From Eledone cirrhosa (lineage: Eukaryota), in the NCBI GenBank assembly GCA_964016885.1, contig OZ024745.1, positions 52,638,001 through 52,702,000 on the forward strand: 64,000 bases of DNA. The letters are read 5' to 3'. Each line of letters starts with the position of its first letter. Within the stretch, counting starts at the first letter, position 1. A model generated the notes under the pieces. It ran no database searches and had not been told where the DNA came from. It saw only the letters and a list, made by a program, of their open reading frames with translations. The position numbers and the translations under genes were made by a program. Positions 54,896 through 64,000 of the stretch are shown here, piece by piece.

Positions 54896-57380
54896 TGTAG
54901 ATTTGTTGTTGTGCTGTTGTTTTGTAGTTTTGTATTTTTATTTCTGCCTCCAACATTGGCTTTTTTCTTCTCGTCGTATATCAAAAGCGTACATATAATA
55001 TATTCCTAACTCTCGATACACTTTCTCTGTGAGACAGGATGTCACATTATTTTACTGTTCCTATTGCTTAATCAGGGAAATGTCAAAGGACGGTAAACGA
55101 GTTTATTGCTGTTTTATAGACGTTGTTGCCAAGCACCCACTTATTTACGGGCAGCAGCGTTAACGCCTTCTATCCGTTTTTGACTAATGTACGTGTAAAT
55201 GAAATTAGAAACGCCATTAAACATAGTGCCGTTAAAACATAAGAAAATAATATTAGACAGTCGTTGTGAATAGAAATTTACAACAGAATTGAAGTCAAGG
55301 AATATTTGATATCATAAAGGTCATGACAGTGTAATTATATATATATATATATGTGTGTGTGTGTACAGTGAAAGATGTTGAGTGCTATTTCAAACAGGTT
55401 GCTGCTCTTCAGTTATATAGGTTTAGCGGATGTGTTTGTCAGTTTGTTTTGTCGATGGACCATTTGTCTGTTAGTTGTTGACGTGTAGTTGAAGTTGGGC
55501 TTCAGTGAATAGACCTGAAATGAACCAAAACTGCAAATAATATATTTATATTTAGCCATGGAATACATCGAGCGCATGTGAGGAAAATAATACAGCAGGG
55601 ATATGTTACGCTTCGAAATAGAAACAAGTGGATATTAATAAAATATAGAATTTACGGTGAGAAAAAGCTTTTTTTTGAAGTGTAAATATATTTAGATACT
55701 GTGAACTTGAAAGCAAAGCGTTTTAGAGAGAAACCTACTGTAGGCATGTAATACAGAAACATATCGCTTTGAAATCTGATCTAATCAGAAACCTGCTTAG
55801 CCGTTGACCGCAGTAGCCAGCACTGCTACAGCTATTTTCCATTTTCCTTTTCATACCGCTAGATGGCTATGTTCATCGGAGTTGAAGAATATGGCATACG
55901 GTAGTAAAATACACCGATGAGCTGCATTTTTGTATCATTGCATAGGTTAATTTCACTGCAATGCTTCCCAGCCCAGATTGATGAGAAAACTAGTAACCAA
56001 AATAAGAAGAGTGAACAACATAATGAACGTAGTAATGCTCAATATAGATTGAACATGGGGGAATCCTTGATGAATATGTGGGGAGTGTGAGCTGGCTTCT
56101 GTCGATTCATGCCCGTAATTTAATGAGTTGGACTGTTGAGACTAGTTTGTGATGTTTACATTGACAGATGTTAAATACCATTGACAATTACTTTCATTTT
56201 TTATGTGTATTTACGATCAAAACAACATTGTGCCAAATCTCTATGTCTATTAAAAGTGTTTAGAATTTAAAGATGTGAAGATGGACAAACGCTTTATTTG
56301 TAGAGTTTAATTGCCACCATAGCAAAACATACACGATTATTTTGCTGTAGTGGATTTTGTTATAATACAGTGTGCATCATATATTTAACCTATTATATCA
56401 TGCCATTTGGATGAATATATGTCTGACAACTTCTTAATCCTCCCTAAAATGTTGCAGATTCCAGAATCACTAGTGCTCCCTGAGCAAATGCAGGCATCGA
56501 TTTTTTTTATCTCGTCAAAATTCCATAACTCGGACTGAAATTATGATTATTATAATGGATATAATAAAAAGATATAGATAACTATCAGATTTAAACCGCC
56601 ACTCGCTGAAGTGCACTAATACAAATTCTGAACTTCACATCCATTTCATATTATCTTTTTCATAATATATAACAATATTAATTTCAGCGCAGTCTTAATA
56701 ATACAGAATACAATTTAATGAAGCCACTTCTGTCACATCTCATTTGCTCAACACGTTTACTTGTCTGCGTCTCTGTTCGACTTCACCGTAATTTTAGATT
56801 CGTTCAAGATATTCTCATCTTTACAAATAAGAAGGAAAACTTCAATTATATAGATAAGGCAATGATTTTGATGTCCACTCATTGAAGAATGCCATATGAG
56901 TCTCCGGGGTATTACCACAGTCCGCCATGACTGGATAATGAAAACACCGACAATAAAGAGACTAACTTGTGTTAAAAAATTAGTAATATAGCGAGAAACT
57001 ACAACTGACCAATTAATCTTCACTAAATTCTACTTTACAATAGTTTCTGTTTGAAGTGATAATCATTATAAGCTTCTATATGCTCGAAGCACTGGGATTT
57101 CTAATATCACAATTATAACTATTTACTGTTCGGCTATAAACCGGATAGATAAATATTGAATTTATGTATATCACTCTAGGAAAGCATACTCCCAACATTA
57201 ATCGAAATAGTGTAGAAGACAGAAAAATAGCATAATATATAATGAAGTGAGAGAGAGAGATAGAGAGAAAGAGAAAGAGAGAGAGAGGGAGAGATAGATA
57301 GACAGATACATATATACATACATATGGTATGTATATATATACATACTTGCCGTTACAACAGCTAGTTACTCATATATATA

Positions 57381-58000
57381 ATAGTAGAACACTAGAAGGT
57401 AATATCCGTAGTGGTAGAGCACTCAGTCCATATCACGAGTTAGGTAGAAGTGGTTACACAACAGTTAGTTCACCATACCGAGAACAATTGTTTCACCTTA
57501 GCGGATCCTCAGAACGTAATGGACTTGGTTATACGGAACAGGAAGGACAACCGTACGAAAGCGCATGCGCGGAAACGATAACTTAACACAGGCAATACTA
57601 AAATGCGTGCGAGAGGTGTTAGGGAGATAACTGCGAAAGTCCGAAAAGTTTCTAGTTGATAAGAACATTAGGATGTTGTTGTAATTCAATCCGGAGCTTT
57701 GTAGTTGCGTAAGAGGTGTTTCGAAACACCTCTTACGCAACTACAAAGTTATCTTCCTTACACCTCTCACACGCATTTTAGAATTGCCTGTGTGTAGTGA
57801 TCGTTTCTGCGCATGTGCGTTCGAACGGTTGTCCTTCCTGTTCCGTATAGCCATGTCCATTACGAGCTGAGGATCCGCTATGATGAAAAAATTGTTCTCG
57901 GTATGTTGAACTAACTGTTGTGTAACCACTTCTATCTAACTCGTCCCATGGAATGAGTGCTCTACCACTACGGATATTACCTACCAGTGTTCTACCACTA
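57381..58000. mobile_element. Fold-back copy of the 43517 family (centre gtgtttcgaaacac ~57721) with partly decayed HHRs in both arms
   Basis: HHR-like 57478-57516(-) and 57863-57900(+): cgag-CTGAGGA-tccgctatgat-GAAA-aaattg-TT-ctcg. Confidence 0.8.
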
Positions 58001-58169
58001 TATACGTCTCCAGCAACGGTCAGCAGATTCTCTTCACTACGTAATAGTTTGGCTTTTAACAGATTCTTCACCACGTGCGAGTTTGGCTTCCTACTCTGAG
58101 AGCGCTCTCTATATCCTCGTGTCCTACACAATTTTGTGTCTCATCAACGTCAGTATAGATTTATACGAA

Positions 58170-59314
58170 CTGGATTATTCGCTGAAGAACATTCCCACTC
58201 CCACCAAACAAGTTTACCAAAAGCTTCTTCGAAGATGTCGTTAGACGCTTAAGATGGCGAGCCCTAGCTTTTGACGGCAAAATTACAGGCACCAATAACA
58301 CCTTGAACCTGAAATTGAGAGCCTACCCTTCTGAGGTAACTAAACTTGCTCCTTTCGAGACGGTCCTTCTTGACTTAGTCGCTAACATTTCCTTTCGCAA
58401 ACACCCTAACACCTTTCAACCTAAACTTAGAAATGATATTAAGAGATTTATGTCTTCCAATAACACTTTCGTTCTTTCCGACAAAACTAATAATATTTAC
58501 GAAGTCGACAACACCACATTCCGCCACCTGGCCCATAACGCTATTACTTCCAAATATAAGAAAGTTAACCCTATGGCCTACCACGACATTAATACAAAAT
58601 CCAAAGAACTTGCCCTTAAGGTAGATAAGAAGCAAACAATCTCTGGCTAAGCGGGAGGCGTTCCCCACCCTGAAAGATCACAAGGTAGACTTTACTTCTA
58701 ACCCCACATGTAGACTAATAAACCCGGCACGCACAGATATGGAACTAGTCAGTAAGACCATACTTAGAAACATAGTTAAGACCATTAGGACCAAGTCCAA
58801 CCTGTCCCAGTGGGAGAACTGCGACTCCGTAATTAAGTGGTTCAACTGCTTCAAATCCCAAAAAGCGAAGTTCACACAGTTTGGCATTGTTGATTTTTAC
58901 CCGTCGATCTCAGAGACTCTGTCAAACAAAGCGTTGGACGTCGCTACCACTTACACCACCGTCGATGGTTTAGACAGGGAAATCATCGCTCACTGCCAGA
59001 AAACCCTCCTCTTCAACGACAGAGTAGCCTGGGCAAAGAGGTCAACTACTTCAGACCTATTCGACGTCTCCATGGGATCGTTTGACAGTGCTGACGTATG
59101 TGACTTGGTTGGCCTATTTATTTTAGACATATTACGTGTTAGATTCCAGGACTTCCACACGGGAATATACCGAGACAATGGATTGACCTTACCGAGCCAT
59201 AAAATAGGTCACGAACACGACCGGTTTAAAAAAAACTTAGCTTCTAGCTTCAATGAGTTAGGACTTAGCGTAGATTTCTTAGACATTAAGTTAGACCTTC
59301 TCACACACACCTAA
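58170..59314 (+). pseudogene. Penelope-like (Nematis-like) reverse transcriptase fragment, frameshifted
   Basis: YSLKNIP, SDKTNNIY, TLKDHK..F..NPTCRLINPA, QW, VDFYPSISE, FDVSMGSFDSADVCDLVGLFIL, IYRDNGL. Confidence 0.88.
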
Positions 59315-59317
59315 AGG

Positions 59318-59677
59318 AAGTCGTTGGGACACGTAAATAAGGGGAACGAGCGAGACAGTAATTCTTTCCTCACGCACACTTTGACCAGGTCGGATGGACT
59401 TTATTCTCTCTCGTCTACAATTTCACAGAACTTATGTTCATCGATTTCAGGGATTTGACTCCTTCTTCCTCCCGTTTGACCTGTGCGAAATTCTTTCCTT
59501 ACTCACATTTCGACCAGGTTTGATGGTCTTTATTCTCTCTCGTATACGATTTTACAGAACTTATGTTCATCGATTTCAGGGACTTGACTCCTTCTTCCTC
59601 ACTTTTCATTGCATTACCATCTTTGATTGTTTACAGTATCGCACGTTCCTCTTATTTACGTGTGCCAACGACATTCT
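59318..59677. mobile_element. MITE-like element with ~45 bp imperfect TIRs and two internal ~128 bp direct repeats
   Basis: gtcgttgggacacgtaaataagggg...cctcttatttacgtgtgccaacgac; internal repeats start at ~59362 and ~59490. Confidence 0.65.
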
Positions 59678-59811
59678 TTAGCCGTTGCTCGCACCAACCG
59701 GAGGTATATGGTATATAAAGCGATGAAATACCAATGAAGGTTGGACGATCACTGATGAAGGACTAAATTTATTCATATGTAACCCATCTGCAACCACGCA
59801 GCACGCCATGT

Positions 59812-59882
<71 letters not shown>

Positions 59883-60329
59883 TTGAAAAAAATGAAAACG
59901 AAATTTCATTTCTCACTCTTAGTATGGCACTTACTTAAATGTAAGTATGTATGTATACGTACATACATATATGTATACAGACGTACAGTAGCATGCATAC
60001 ATATACATATATATATATATATACATACATATACATATATATACATATATGCATACAGGTACACATACATATATGCACGCATCAGTTTAGCGGACGTTTA
60101 TTACAACGCCGCTTTGTTCGTTTGTTTGTCAACAAACCGAACAGCCTGAATTTATGCCATACGGTGTTAAGGCAACCACGTCACCTTTTTGTTCAACACT
60201 GACACAGGAACGATGTACTAGTTTCAAGCTTGTTAGCTATCATCAGCACCGTTTACCCATCTGCCAGATAGTTGAACGTTCGAAAGTATATATATATAAG
60301 GTAAAGAGAAATAACAAAAATAACAAAAT

Positions 60330-60603
60330 AAGCGGCACAGTACATGGGAAAAATATATTAGTTTAACGCTTGAAATAGCAGGAGAGAGCCTTAACGTTTT
60401 CTACATGAGTCCTTCATCAGGAGATAGAGTTAGAAATAGAAGAAAGATAGACAATAATGAATGATGAGAGGAACGGGGAAAATGAGAAAACAAGAAGGGT
60501 GGTGTATCGACTCCCGCGTATTCAGTAGGTGGTAGAATGAAGTGACGAAAACATACGGTCGGAGGGTAGAGTAGAAGGGGGAGGAAACAGGGGAGGGTTC
60601 TGG

Positions 60604-60607
<4 letters not shown>
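60330..60607 (-). mobile_element. PLE 3' UTR remnant with decayed HHR (60389-60423)
   Basis: ctc-CTGATGA-aggactcatgtag-AAAA-cgtt-aagg; pyrimidine-rich upstream region like 1217-2700; abuts (TA)n. Confidence 0.5.
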
Positions 60608-60682
<75 letters not shown>

Positions 60683-60849
60683 TTATATGTATGTAGTCTA
60701 CGTGAATACAACGTGAATACAACGAATGAAAGTACTTGATACAATGTAAGAATTGAAACCGCTGAACATTAATACCACTAATATATAAATATATATATAT
60801 GTGTATACACACACATACACTCACACACACACACACACACACACATACA

Positions 60850-60926
<77 letters not shown>

Positions 60927-60927
60927 A

Positions 60928-60958
<31 letters not shown>

Positions 60959-61181
60959 CTATGTATATATAACAAAATTATATCTGTAGCGATAGAGAAT
61001 GTGTAATTGAGATCGCACCAACGTATATATACATTTTATACATATATCTAATATGGAGGCATGCCAGAAAATATGAATTTCCATGTAAATTGAAAAAAAA
61101 TGATTTAGACTGTTAATCGATTTTCGTATCTAATTGGATCCTCACTAGAAGGCGTTGATATCCTCCAATCAACCACAAAGA

Positions 61182-61230
<49 letters not shown>

Positions 61231-61449
61231 TTATTCTCTCTTAGTATTGCTCTGAAATGCACATACTAATTTCAATATAAATAGCGCACGTGTTGGTAAA
61301 TAATTTATATGTAATTATTAAGAGAAGTACACATACTCATAAAATACATGTTTCTTTGTTGTTGATTGAATGATACACATGTCTTTTGTTGAGGGTCCAA
61401 TTAGATCAGAAACTTGAATGTATGTGTTTATCGTTGGTTTGTGTTTAGT

Positions 61450-63070
61450 TATGAAGAATATTTCTTAGTTGATGCATTGGTGCTTCGATGCGGAATATGA
61501 GATTTTCCTCCGCAACTTTGTATATGTTGATTAAGTTAATATGTTTTGGATTACGTTTTCCTACTTTGTTGACAGTGTACTCTCATCCATTGTCGCTGTG
61601 TAGACATGCTTTACCAATTTAGTTTGGATCGTGATCTTTATGTGGTATATTATAAATGGAATTGTGTATCTTTAATTTAGAAATTATATCCCTCCATGAT
61701 GTGAAATTCGGGGCCTTCTAATAGGTAGATGCTTATTCTAGATTTCGGTCGGTTGCATATTCTAACTTAAGGATTTCATAACGATTTGCCTCTATGTATT
61801 CGTCGGTATTTTTTTTGTGACTTTCCTTATCATTTATGTTTTGTAATCGGATATTTCTCTAAGAACTTCTTTTAATTTTTTTTTTTTTTTTAACTTTTAG
61901 TAGTATAGATAAGTGTAGTCAATGGGTGTATATATTTCAGTATTTTGAGGGGATCAAATGTTGGAAAATATGGACTTTCTTTTTCGTCTTTTTTTACTAT
62001 TCTTTGTTGGATGGAGATATGCCAAACTATTGAAACATTATTCGTCAATAAATTTAGGAGATATTTTTTCTTGATGATTATTTATTTATATATTCGAGTC
62101 TTTGTTCTTTTACTGTTGTTCCGTAGTGCAGATTCACTTTAGCTAAGTTAAATAGAATATTACTATATGTGTGTGTTGGATGAGAAGAGGTAAACATGAG
62201 GTATTGAAATAAATATATGTCAGTTTCTAGTTTAGCGTTTCCTTTTGTTTGGCATTTCACTTTGTTTAAGGTTTTCCCTACTGAAGTCCATAGTGAATTG
62301 TATGTTATAGATTATATTATTGATGAGGTTTTGAGAGTTATTTAGTTTTTCAAGATGTTAGTCCAGGAATCTTCCCAGTTTTCTTTTATATAACAGCTGA
62401 ATAAATTTGCATAGTTGTGAGGATAGCGCATAGGTTTTTAATTGATGGTATCTCATGACTAGGTTGGCATATATTGTCGCCATGAATGTAACTCATATTG
62501 TCAGTTGATTCTTTCGTCGAACATGAAATAACTGTTTTTTTAAGATAAACTGAAGACCATCGATGATATATTTTCTACCAATACTGTCCGGTAGTTCATC
62601 GGGGAAAAGAATCTAGCCAGTATATACTAGCCACTATTCTCTCGTTATAGGGAGCATTGATATAAAGGTTCAGAAAATCCAACAAAACAAAATTGGTATT
62701 TTCATTTATGGCTTTTCCTAGAAGTGGGAGTATATCTATATCATTTCTTACGAAGCTCGGAATATACTTGAATAAGACGTGCCATTTAGATGTCTAAGAA
62801 GTTACTAACGCGATTTGTCTCGCACATCGGGCTTGCTATGATATGTCTTAGTTTTAAGTCTATTGGTGTGGGTATATTCATACAATTGGTGTTTTCACGT
62901 TTTATCGCATGTCTTATTGAATATTATATACCTCTATACTTTGGGGTAGTCCAAAGATGTTATTGTTTCATATCAAATATTGATGAGATAATCTAATTCC
63001 GTTTTAGTTGGACGATTTTGGTACGGATGTCTCTTCACTTTATGAATAGCGTTCTTCTAACGCATCCGAA
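61450..63070 (-). pseudogene. Highly decayed Penelope-like RT/thumb region
   Basis: Fragments LPQSI..., RHIIASPMC.TNRVSNFL, MATIYANLVM, GRFLD, TDIY...SSHPTHT..NILFNLA; many stops. Confidence 0.6.
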
Positions 63071-63852
63071 TTGAGAATCAAACCGTAAATCCTCCTACAA
63101 GAAGATAGTGTGGAACCAAATTATATAAAAAAATATATTTACTTAGTGGTGCTAATATTTAAGTACACTTTCGTCAGATAAGATATAATAATTGGTGTTA
63201 AGATAGTGAAATATCTTCAACTGAACCTAATGTTATGAGTTCGGTGAGGATAGTGAATAGGAAGTACATTAAGTTCTGTACTTGAGTTCTGTGGCAATAT
63301 GCGAGAACAAAATGTGTCCTGTTATAAATAATGGGATTGATGACTTAATATCTGTATACAACAACTACAACGGTACGCGATGGGGCCCACCTACGGCCCC
63401 AGCGGACAGAATGGAAAAGGTGTTTCGCCGGAGGACGGCAAGGGAGACGCGCTAGAAAAGCCACTCCAACTCGCGGAGCTCACACATGCGGCTGGCCAGC
63501 TCAGCGCCTATGGTGGTGAGTAAGGAGGTAGTCCTGGGGCCGAGGACACCAGAAGTCTCTACTTCCAGGAGTACGACCGCAAACCTGACGGAGATATTGC
63601 ACCGTTTAAAGCTGAAATATATGGCAGAAAAACAGATATATACATATATCTGTGTGTATGTGTGTGTGCGTGTGTTTGTATGTGCGCGCGCGCGTGTGTG
63701 TGTGTGTGTGTGTGTTTGTGTTAATTAAGATTTATATTGAAATGTGCGCTAGCAGCCGAAGTGTATGCTTCCTAATTAAGTATGGCTATATTTTAATTAT
63801 TTACCAACGCGATCGCTAATTATATGTAATTTAGTATGTCCATTTCGAATAA

Positions 63853-64000
63853 TAATTGTTTCTACTTTAGGCACAAGGCCAGCAACTACCCAGTGCATTA
63901 CTGGTGCTTTATTTTATCGACCCCGTAAGGATGAAAGGCAAAGTCAACCTCGGCGGGATTTGAACTCAGATCGTAAAGGGACGTAACTATGCTAGAAAGC
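63853..64000 (-). mobile_element. Nin/Deu-domain SINE copy (runs off window end)
   Basis: ttatcgaccccgtaaggatgaaaggcaaagtcaacctcggcgggatttgaactcag. Confidence 0.85.

Noticed and set aside
59748-59790. CTGATGAAGGAC motif
   Set aside because: No downstream GAAA or helix II partner; at best a decayed remnant.

Overview
AT-rich, repeat-dense eukaryotic intergenic or intronic DNA. The SINE families and (TA)n/(CA)n load suggest a cephalopod/octopus-like genome (inference). No host gene could be supported, and most short ORFs are microsatellite artefacts. Transposon content: several Penelope-like element (PLE) fragments (Neptune-, Naiad- and Nematis-like GIY-YIG/RT remnants), an internally deleted Helitron with a PIF1 helicase remnant, a 5'-truncated RTE-clade LINE with an 806-codon open frame, decayed L1/Tx1 and R4/Dong LINEs, Nin/Deu-domain tRNA-SINEs, MITE-like hairpins and a ~10 kb-offset segmental duplication. 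The main result is a set of non-coding elements inserted in (TA)n microsatellites as tandem and/or fold-back arrays. They carry type I hammerhead ribozymes (HHR), about 20 intact or decayed motifs from roughly ten unrelated families, most with a palindromic helix III. Several have greatly enlarged helix II domains (35-115 nt, one branched), supported by covariation between diverged copies and strand-specific G-U pairs. In one array the insertion junction falls at the predicted self-cleavage site. All folds were made by eye and no activity was tested.
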